Below are positions 1 to 6,234 of a stretch of DNA of 28,090 nucleotides, one piece after another. Source of the DNA: a virus (lineage: Duplodnaviria > Caudoviricetes); the IMG/VR virus record IMGVR_UViG_3300034103_000145, positions 1 through 28,090 of that record, one strand, 5' to 3'. The notes beneath the pieces were generated by a model, which was not told the origin of the DNA, searched no databases, and worked only from the letters and a program-made list of their open reading frames with translations. The first letter of the stretch is position 1. The number at the start of each line of letters is the position of its first letter. A program made the position numbers and the translations under genes.

Positions 1-86
1 TCCTCGCTCGCACTACTCCTTGCAGTCGTAGCGCAAGGGCCGCTCGCTGATTCGTAAGCCTACGGGTAAGCAATGATGCGAACGGG

Positions 87-115
87 TTGACAGATCGGAC
101 GCCATGTGTTAGGCT
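87..115 (+). promoter_or_regulatory. Host sigma70 early promoter P1
   Basis: TTGACA (87-92), 17-bp spacer, TG-n-TAGGCT (extended -10, 110-115). Confidence 0.8.
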
Positions 116-233
116 TCTGGGAAGTCAAGAGACAAAGCTACTGAGCAAGCGGGAGGGAAGCCTACGGGCCGACGACAAGGGCATCCCGCCTGTAGCGATC
201 AAGTTAGGATGCGATGAGCTACTAACAAGACTC

Positions 234-262
234 TTGACAAGCTGGACGCAATACGCTAGGCT
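234..262 (+). promoter_or_regulatory. Host sigma70 early promoter P2
   Basis: TTGACA (234-239), 17-bp spacer, TAGGCT (257-262). Confidence 0.8.
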
Positions 263-311
263 TGCAACACGTGAAACCTGCTTACCGCAGGAAGGCGGAC
301 TACCTGCGCAA

Positions 312-320
312 TGGTAGGAT
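312..320 (+). promoter_or_regulatory. Possible extended -10 promoter
   Basis: TG-g-TAGGAT, same -10 as P3, but no recognisable -35. Confidence 0.3.
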
Positions 321-373
321 GGTGGCGACAGGACGCCCAAGGGAGCTAGAGGCTTCCGGTGTTAGGCAAGGGC

Positions 374-402
374 TTGACACTGCGGCAGGAAGGTGATAGG
401 AT
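374..402 (+). promoter_or_regulatory. Host sigma70 early promoter P3
   Basis: TTGACA (374-379), 17-bp spacer, TG-a-TAGGAT (397-402); the tandem arrangement is analogous to T7 A1-A3. Confidence 0.8.
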
Positions 403-409
403 GGCTACA

Positions 410-1150
410 CAGTGAATAAACGTCGTGACGACCGGACGCTAAACGGTGCGGGCCTAATAAGCCTTGTGGGAAGCCCGATGGCGGGCTAGTGTTGATCGGA
501 TAGCAGGCATCCGGCGCAAGCCGGGAGAGTCACCCGAGATGCGACCTACGCCATACAACCTCCACACGTGACGCCCGTTGGTGGGCCGAGAGTATAGCGG
601 AGGGTGCGAGCCTAGAAACTCGCCTTGTGCAATCTGCGGTGCAATTCCGCCAACGCACAAGATGCCCGGGTAATAGCGGGCAGGCGCGGCCCAAGATGAG
701 GATTCCGACAGGGTTGGCTTTACGCCATAATCAGGCACAAGGATTGTGCGTCCCAAAGAGAACCCGCAGCAGCTTTTGCGCGGATCGGATGAACCCTCAC
801 GCTGTCGGGAATATCCCGGGAGTTAGTGAAAGCGCAAATGCGACACTGGTGATTATGGCACTGCATACCGGAGTAGGGTTGACAACCCGAAAGGTATGCA
901 GATATAGGTGCCCTTGGTTGGGTATCCGATGCTGGACGGTCTTGAAACCGGGCAATCTGGGATATTCGATTCCGATGTATTGGGCAGTAGGGCGCAGCGT
1001 CTCCCAATGACGACTGCGCTAGGGCACCTATATCTGTATATTTCGCTTCGGCGTGCATCGTGGATAGACCGAAGTCTGGACGCAGCTTGTAAAGGGCCGG
1101 GATAGTTGACGCCGCCGCAAGTAAGGGTGTGAACGCGGACCCAGTTCACG
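410..1150 (+). ncRNA. Candidate large structured ncRNA / early leader RNA
   Basis: No ORF with a clear RBS; more than 12 helices, e.g. 472-487, 511-524 (GCAA tetraloop), 606-623, 624-661, 663-682, 724-733/850-859, 775-781/832-838, 862-869/893-900, 901-914/1021-1034, 992-1019, 1044-1053 (cUUCGg), 1128-1148. Confidence 0.55.
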
Positions 1151-1195
1151 ATGCACGCCACCAATTTCCCACCAGTGCCAATGGAGGCACCCACG

Positions 1196-1384
1196 ATGCA
1201 CGCAAACTCCAACCTCGTTCGTTCGCAGACCAAGCGCCGCTTCTGCCAGTTCAGCCGCACCGTGTCCGTTCTGGACATGCGCCCGGATGCCGAGAGGAAG
1301 CGCGCCAAGCGTCTGCGTGATGCGGAGCGTTACGAAGCCCGCCACGGGACGAACGGCAAGCGGTCGGTCTTTTTTGTGAGCTGA
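1196..1384 (+). CDS. Small early hypothetical protein (62 aa, basic)
   Basis: GGAGG RBS before ATG 1196; in-frame ATG at 1151 lacks an RBS. Confidence 0.7.
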   Translation: MHANSNLVRSQTKRRFCQFSRTVSVLDMRPDAERKRAKRLRDAERYEARHGTNGKRSVFFVS

Positions 1385-1640
1385 CTGTATTCGAGAAGGG
1401 CGAGTCCGTGGTCTGTCAGTTGCAGGCGGCTACGCTTTCCCCTCGGGAAAGAATACACGGTCCTCGAATACGACCCTCCCGACCACACATCGCTGCCCAC
1501 GTACAGCTTTCCGGCTTACGTCGCGGTAGTGGATGACTTCGGGAAGCGCGCGGAGTGTCACGCCTACCGCTTTCGGAAGAAGTAAGACGCAAGCTAAAGC
1601 CCATTCCTTCGCGGGAGTGGGCTTTGTCGTGCGACTGGCA
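1385..1640 (+). other. Structured intergenic region (putative RNA processing / regulatory stems)
   Basis: Helices 1387-1395/1463-1471, 1435-1451, 1523-1529/1564-1570, 1596-1607/1614-1625. Confidence 0.5.
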
Positions 1641-1645
1641 CGGAC

Positions 1646-1711
1646 CCAACGGAAGTCAGACCATGAATATCGAAACCAACGGAAGTCAGACCATGAATAT
1701 CGAAACCAACG
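1646..1711 (+). repeat. Exact 30-bp tandem duplication spanning RBS and start codon
   Basis: CCAACGGAAGTCAGACCATGAATATCGAAA twice plus CCAACG; ATGs at 1663 and 1693. Confidence 0.95.
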
Positions 1712-2235
1712 CGGTTGCCATCCGCAAGAACATCAAGGCCATCGGAACTGCGCGAATCAAGCTGGTGGACATGATCCAGCTCTGCGCCCTGTCCGTGATC
1801 CAGCATGCACACGTCCACGGCGATGTTACCCTCGCCTCCGATCTGTGTCTCGCGGTCGGCAACGGCATGAAACACGAAGCGCTGCGCGTGTATCTGTCCA
1901 AGTACGGCCCGATGGCTCCGAACGACGACAAGGACAGCAAGACCAAAGCTCCGATGAAGTACGCAAAGTCCAAGCGGCTGGAAGGCGAAGCGCTCGAAGA
2001 CCAGATGGTGCGCGCCGAGGCCGAGATGTGGTACTCCGCGCCCACCGAAAAGTCCGCCGAGGAATTCAGCTTCGCCGCCGACCTGCACAAGCTCCTCGCC
2101 AAGCTCGAAAAGGCTTCGCAGTCCGGCTATACGCCGTCGCCCGAGGAACAGGCCGTCATCGAAGCCGCGCGCAAGGTGCCGAAGCCCGCGAAGAAGGCCG
2201 CCGCACCGGCTGCCGAGTACGAACCCACCTTCTGA
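1663..2235 (+). CDS. Early phage protein, likely conserved (190 aa, or 180 aa from 1693)
   Basis: Strong GC3 codon bias; HGDVTLA motif recalled from early proteins of related podophages. Confidence 0.85.
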   Translation: MNIETNGSQTMNIETNAVAIRKNIKAIGTARIKLVDMIQLCALSVIQHAHVHGDVTLASDLCLAVGNGMKHEALRVYLSKYGPMAPNDDKDSKTKAPMKYAKSKRLEGEALEDQMVRAEAEMWYSAPTEKSAEEFSFAADLHKLLAKLEKASQSGYTPSPEEQAVIEAARKVPKPAKKAAAPAAEYEPTF

Positions 2236-2277
2236 TCCACGGGAAACTCGATCAAGAGCTACCTGACTTCGCATGCC

Positions 2278-2320
2278 ACTGCACACACTCCCGAGTGTGC
2301 AGTTTCGTGCGTGTCGCACG
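2278..2320 (+). other. Intergenic double hairpin (possible processing site)
   Basis: ACTGCACAC/GTGTGCAGT (2278-2303) and CGTGCG/CGCACG (2306-2320). Confidence 0.45.
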
Positions 2321-2382
2321 TCAACGGAGACAGACATGAGCAAATACAATTCAACGGAGACAGACATGAGCAAATACAATTC
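2321..2382 (+). repeat. Exact 30-bp tandem duplication spanning RBS and start codon
   Basis: TCAACGGAGACAGACATGAGCAAATACAAT twice plus TC; ATGs at 2336 and 2366. Confidence 0.95.
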
Positions 2383-2476
2383 TCCCTCCGATGCGCACAA
2401 GCCTGCGCATGGCGGGTATCCGGGCCAGACGCCCGCGCCGAAGGCCGACGACAAGGCCAAGGGAGATAAGGCATGA
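2336..2476 (+). CDS. Small early hypothetical protein (46 aa, or 36 aa from 2366)
   Basis: GGAG RBS; stop overlaps the next ATG (ATGA). Confidence 0.65.
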   Translation: MSKYNSTETDMSKYNSPSDAHKPAHGGYPGQTPAPKADDKAKGDKA

Positions 2477-3015
2477 GCCAGATCATCGAAGGTAAGGATG
2501 CCGTCGTGCTGGTGATGAGCCGCGAAGAGGCCAAACTGCTTGGCTCGTTCCGGTTCCACCATGTCGGCGGCGACTGCGCGCTTTACAAGGTGCTGCGCGG
2601 TCTTCCGTTCAAGGAGGGCGGGAGCTTCGACACCGAGGAGAGCTGCGCCGACGGCAAGACCATCTTCCACGACTGGATTCCAGGACGTGCGGGCGGTGCT
2701 CCGAAGCCGAGCCGTTCCGGTTCGGTGGTCGGCAGACCGAAGCCCTTCGTGACGGGCGACTTCGCCGAGCCGAAGACCAAGAGTCCCGATCACTGGATCG
2801 TGGAGTGCAATGTCGGCGTGGGCTGGGAGGAACAGTGGCGTCCGAGCGGTAGCCGGGGCATCGCAGGTACGAAGTACACATCGGCGGACGAAGCGATGAA
2901 GGCCGTGCGCAGTGCGCCGTGGTTCAACCTGCGTGCCCACGAGGGACGCTATCGTGCGGCTCCGGTGTACTCTGCGGCCGAGGCTCCTGCTCCGCAACCC
3001 AAGCCCGAACCCTAG
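2473..3015 (+). CDS. Early hypothetical protein, N-terminal part of an amber-interrupted repeat protein
   Basis: GGAG RBS and coding bias; ends in TAG in frame with 3016-3396. Confidence 0.8.
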   Translation: MSQIIEGKDAVVLVMSREEAKLLGSFRFHHVGGDCALYKVLRGLPFKEGGSFDTEESCADGKTIFHDWIPGRAGGAPKPSRSGSVVGRPKPFVTGDFAEPKTKSPDHWIVECNVGVGWEEQWRPSGSRGIAGTKYTSADEAMKAVRSAPWFNLRAHEGRYRAAPVYSAAEAPAPQPKPEP

Positions 3016-3021
3016 AAGTGG

Positions 3022-3396
3022 GTGGTGCAGTACAACCACCAATCCGGCACGGGTGCCGGGAACTGGGAAACCCTCACCCGGCCGACGTGGCTGCCGGGTC
3101 GCATGCCCGCCGAGGGAGTCTACACATCCCGCAACGAGGCATACCGCCAGATCAAGCTGCGCGCCAAGAAAGTCGGCGCTCTCGAAAGCTCGTACCGTGT
3201 GGTTCCGGAAGGCACGAAGGGTGGTGCGGAGATGGATCGCGGCTACTATCGCGGCCAGTTCTGGAACACGACGACCAAGGCATGGCAGGGCACCGCCGAT
3301 GTGGTAGGTTATCGCACTGCCGAGGAATGCCGCCGCTCGATCAGCTCGAAGATCGGCCTGACCTACCGCGTGAAGTGGTATTCCAACGTCGCGTGA
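3022..3396 (+). CDS. Early hypothetical protein, probable in-frame continuation of 2473-3015
   Basis: Same frame as the upstream ORF, no convincing RBS, carries two more copies of the W..YT/S..EA..YRV repeat. Confidence 0.65.
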   Translation: MVQYNHQSGTGAGNWETLTRPTWLPGRMPAEGVYTSRNEAYRQIKLRAKKVGALESSYRVVPEGTKGGAEMDRGYYRGQFWNTTTKAWQGTADVVGYRTAEECRRSISSKIGLTYRVKWYSNVA

Positions 3397-3402
3397 TCTG
3401 CC

Positions 3403-3430
3403 GCTGCGCCTTCCAACGAGGGCGCAGCTT
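3403..3430 (+). other. Intergenic hairpin (weak terminator or processing site)
   Basis: GCTGCGCCTTC-caac-GAGGGCGCAGC followed by only TT. Confidence 0.4.
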
Positions 3431-3456
3431 CGGAACAACGCCAAACAGGAGAGGAC

Positions 3457-3642
3457 ATGAAGAACATCCCGGTCACCGTGATCGGCCGCCCGCTTGCGGC
3501 TCGCGCCTTCGTCGGTTGCGATCTGATGCCGGGCATGGAACCCATCGACCTCCGTGCCGTGAAGCGGTACGAGGATGCACGGCCCGCAGTCGAGGGCAAG
3601 GACTACCTGCCCGGCACCTACGTGGAGAGGTGGTATGCGTAA
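3457..3642 (+). CDS. Early hypothetical protein (61 aa)
   Basis: AGGAGAGG RBS, ATG start, coding bias. Confidence 0.8.
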   Translation: MKNIPVTVIGRPLAARAFVGCDLMPGMEPIDLRAVKRYEDARPAVEGKDYLPGTYVERWYA

Positions 3643-3829
3643 GGTCATGCTTTCATACCGGGTCCACGTCACCGACCTGAAAACCGCGAGGCAGTATTAC
3701 TTCGGATACCACCGCACGAAAGGTAACGAAGGCTATCAGTTTGGTAGCCGAGAAGAAGCCGACCGCGCCGCCGATGTGGTGAACGCGAATCCCACATACC
3801 TCGCGGATGTCGAGGAGTACGAAGTCTAA
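3635..3829 (+). CDS. Early hypothetical protein (64 aa)
   Basis: GGAGAGG RBS before ATG 3635, overlaps the upstream stop; FGSREEA motif. Confidence 0.75.
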   Translation: MRKVMLSYRVHVTDLKTARQYYFGYHRTKGNEGYQFGSREEADRAADVVNANPTYLADVEEYEV

Positions 3830-3852
3830 CCAACCAACGAGGAGAACCAACC

Positions 3853-4371
3853 GTGAACAAGCTCTACTTCGGCATCACCCGTGCCATCGGCACCGCCCAG
3901 ATCGTCGGCGTCGTCGCCAACCTCGGCCTCATCGGCAGCCGCGCGCCGACGGCGGAGGAGACGGCACTCATCCTGTCCAAGATCAAGGACAAGGCGACGG
4001 AAAGCCTCGCCGATGCCCTGCGCGACGGCACCTACCCGAACATCATCTCGGTGTGGGACAAGCGTGCCGACGCCCGCAATGCCATCGCCACGCTCAACAG
4101 CTACGACAGCCCGCAATTCACCTACAACGTCGGCGAAGTCGGCGACCGGGAACGCAGCTCGCCCCGCCCGCTGGGCTGGAGGCTGATGTTCTGCGGCGGC
4201 GTCATCAGCGGCTACAACCACCCGTCCGATGGCACGACCGTGTTCATCGACGGTGACAGCTCGAACAAGAACGAAGTGAACTGCCTGTTCGATACCCGGG
4301 CCACCGCCCGGAAGGTAATCAAGCAGAACGGACTGAACGAGGACTACAAGGTGGTCCGCGTCGATGCGTAA
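3853..4371 (+). CDS. Early hypothetical protein (172 aa)
   Basis: GAGGAG RBS, GTG start, strong codon bias. Confidence 0.85.
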   Translation: MNKLYFGITRAIGTAQIVGVVANLGLIGSRAPTAEETALILSKIKDKATESLADALRDGTYPNIISVWDKRADARNAIATLNSYDSPQFTYNVGEVGDRERSSPRPLGWRLMFCGGVISGYNHPSDGTTVFIDGDSSNKNEVNCLFDTRATARKVIKQNGLNEDYKVVRVDA

Positions 4372-4651
4372 GCTCGGTCTGCGTCTGCTGATCCTGCTCT
4401 ATTGGGTCATCGGGCGCGGGCCGTGGCTCGTTGTCGGTCATTACACTGACGACGAAGGGAGGGCTTGCCGGTTTCGTACCGGCGGGTCCACTCCCGATGG
4501 CCGCTACGTCCGCACGTTCGATGACCTCGACGAAGCCAAGGACTACGCATACGAACGCAACGAGCAGGCGTTCACCGATCCACTCGGCACCTTGTACTAC
4601 GTGTGGCACGAGCTGGAGTTCAACTACTTTTACTCCAAGGAGAAACGCTGA
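4364..4651 (+). CDS. Early hypothetical protein (95 aa) with hydrophobic N-terminus
   Basis: Overlap-coupled to both neighbours; LRLLILLYWVIG segment; FDDLDEA motif. Confidence 0.75.
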   Translation: MRKLGLRLLILLYWVIGRGPWLVVGHYTDDEGRACRFRTGGSTPDGRYVRTFDDLDEAKDYAYERNEQAFTDPLGTLYYVWHELEFNYFYSKEKR

Positions 4652-5106
4652 TGGGCCTCATCGACAGCATGAATAGAGCCGTGAAGGGCACGGCGAACTG
4701 GCTTCGCGGTAAGCGCGGCGAGAGCGACATCCCCAAGGAAGAACCGCTGCCCCAGCCCGAGCCTTACCTCGGTGTCGAAGTGGCGACCGCCACGCCTCCC
4801 GAGCCGGACACCTTACGCTATCGCCACGTTTCGGTGCCGCTGTATCCCATCGAGAACCCGATGCTGCGCAAGCTGCTGGGCGTGGGCTACACGATGGGCC
4901 GTGGTCAGACGCACAACATCGGCAATAACGCAATGAAGCGTGAGGCCGACCGCATCGCCGAGTTCCACGGTTTCAACAACAAGATGCGCCGCCGACTGCG
5001 CACCAAGATCAAGCGCCGTGCCGAGGAGCTGCGGTCGGGTCAGGCCACGCTGTCTCCGGTCGTGCGTGAGGGAATGCGCCGCGGCGCAGCGGAGGCGATG
5101 TCGTGA
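4651..5106 (+). CDS. Early hypothetical protein (151 aa, Arg-rich C-terminus)
   Basis: AAGGAG RBS; TGATG overlap at 4649-4653. Confidence 0.8.
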   Translation: MGLIDSMNRAVKGTANWLRGKRGESDIPKEEPLPQPEPYLGVEVATATPPEPDTLRYRHVSVPLYPIENPMLRKLLGVGYTMGRGQTHNIGNNAMKREADRIAEFHGFNNKMRRRLRTKIKRRAEELRSGQATLSPVVREGMRRGAAEAMS

Positions 5107-5435
5107 GCAAGCTGCTGGGTAACTTCATCGAAGTCGTCATCCCTAGCACACGGATGCAAGAGATCCGAGTTCGTGAAGCCCTCGACAACAGCGTTACCGA
5201 CCTCGGCGGATGTACCCTGACCGAAGGTCGCGGCTTCTACGTTCGGCAAGACAACGGCAAGATCGACGCCGAGCATGTCATCACCGCACGGTGGGAGTAC
5301 GCCGAAGAAGACGGCGAGACGGCATCGCTTGCCACCGGCAAGATCGTCGATGCTCTGCTGGAGGCCGGAGAAGAATCCGTTCTGGTCCGAGGTTACTCGC
5401 ACGGCAACTACAATTCCGAACTGATGTTCGCCTGA
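5103..5435 (+). CDS. Putative SAM lyase-like (T3 gp0.3 / DUF3574 PII-like) protein
   Basis: GGCTLTEGRGFY...AE...GEESVLV pattern resembles GxY...E...QxxVLV of phage SAMases; GGAGG RBS, GTG start. Confidence 0.5.
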   Translation: MSKLLGNFIEVVIPSTRMQEIRVREALDNSVTDLGGCTLTEGRGFYVRQDNGKIDAEHVITARWEYAEEDGETASLATGKIVDALLEAGEESVLVRGYSHGNYNSELMFA

Positions 5436-5574
5436 CAGGGAGAGCGCATGCGTATTCATGACGGCCCGTAACCGCACAACACATAGACCACAGAGAAGAC
5501 GACGCTGCGCATCGCCCGGCCTGCGATAAATGACCGGGCATCCTACATCCACCGTCAACGGAGAATCAATTCAC

Positions 5575-6003
5575 ATGACCGATACCAACGATCAGAGCCA
5601 GTTCACCCACTACAAAGTCAAGCGTGCCGAGCTGGTCGAAGACCGCGCCGCCGCGCAGGCCAAGGTGGAAAAGATCGACGCCGCCATCGCCAAGCTCGAC
5701 GCGCAGCAGGCCAACGTCGATGCCATCGAAGCCCTGAAGTCGGGCGACAACGTGGCTTACGTCTACGGTCGGGCCGCCAACAAGCGCATCCTGTCCGGCA
5801 CCGTCGCCGCCACCAAGAAGAACGATAAGGGTGCGGTGCAGCTCAAGGTCGAGCATGGCACCGGCTTCGACGCGGAGTTCCACCTGATCGACAGCTCGGC
5901 CCTGCTGTTCACGGCCGAAGAAATCGAAGCCGCGCAGACCGACATCGACGCCACCGTGGCCGCCGCCAAGGCCGCCGAAGCCGCCAAGCAGGCCGCGACG
6001 TGA
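5575..6003 (+). CDS. Hypothetical protein (142 aa; N-terminal coiled coil plus beta-rich domain)
   Basis: GGAG RBS before ATG 5575; very strong codon bias. Confidence 0.85.
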   Translation: MTDTNDQSQFTHYKVKRAELVEDRAAAQAKVEKIDAAIAKLDAQQANVDAIEALKSGDNVAYVYGRAANKRILSGTVAATKKNDKGAVQLKVEHGTGFDAEFHLIDSSALLFTAEEIEAAQTDIDATVAAAKAAEAAKQAAT

Positions 6004-6221
6004 GCGCCCGCACCAAGAGCAACCGTCCGGAGTACGTGGCCGGGCGTGACCTGAAGGTCGGCCAGAAGTACCGCGTCATCGCCAACGGCAAGGGCGAGGT
6101 GTTGGACAGCAGCACCTACCTGCTCGCCACGAACATGGTGGACAAGAAGGGCAACCGGCAGATGGTCAACGTGACCACGGGCGAGGTTTTCCTCGCGACG
6201 CCGGGTTCGATCTGGACCTAA
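6000..6221 (+). CDS. Hypothetical protein (73 aa)
   Basis: GTGA overlap with the upstream stop; coding bias. Confidence 0.8.
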   Translation: MSARTKSNRPEYVAGRDLKVGQKYRVIANGKGEVLDSSTYLLATNMVDKKGNRQMVNVTTGEVFLATPGSIWT

Positions 6222-6234
6222 TTGCGAGGACAAG

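Noticed and set aside
879-908. Additional sigma70 promoter (TTGACA at 879-884)
   Set aside because: No acceptable -10 at 17 bp; TATAGG at 18 bp lacks the conserved final T, and the hexamer sits in a predicted hairpin
915-990. tRNA gene
   Set aside because: Only an anticodon-like hairpin with a 6-nt loop; no cloverleaf or CCA end
87-1105. Short ORFs in the leader (87-317, 627-1010, 908-1105 and others)
   Set aside because: No RBS, non-ATG starts inside promoter or hairpin elements, and no sign of the phage's codon bias
446-1150. Group II intron (GTGCG at 446-450)
   Set aside because: No domain V hairpin with an AGC/CGC triad, no domain VI/AY end and no reverse transcriptase
1594-3672. 692-aa minus-strand ORF (also 6670-8430, 10538-11977, 11692-12984, 21292-23001)
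   Set aside because: Shadow ORFs antisense to GC3-biased genes; no recognisable motifs, and T7-like genomes are transcribed from one strand
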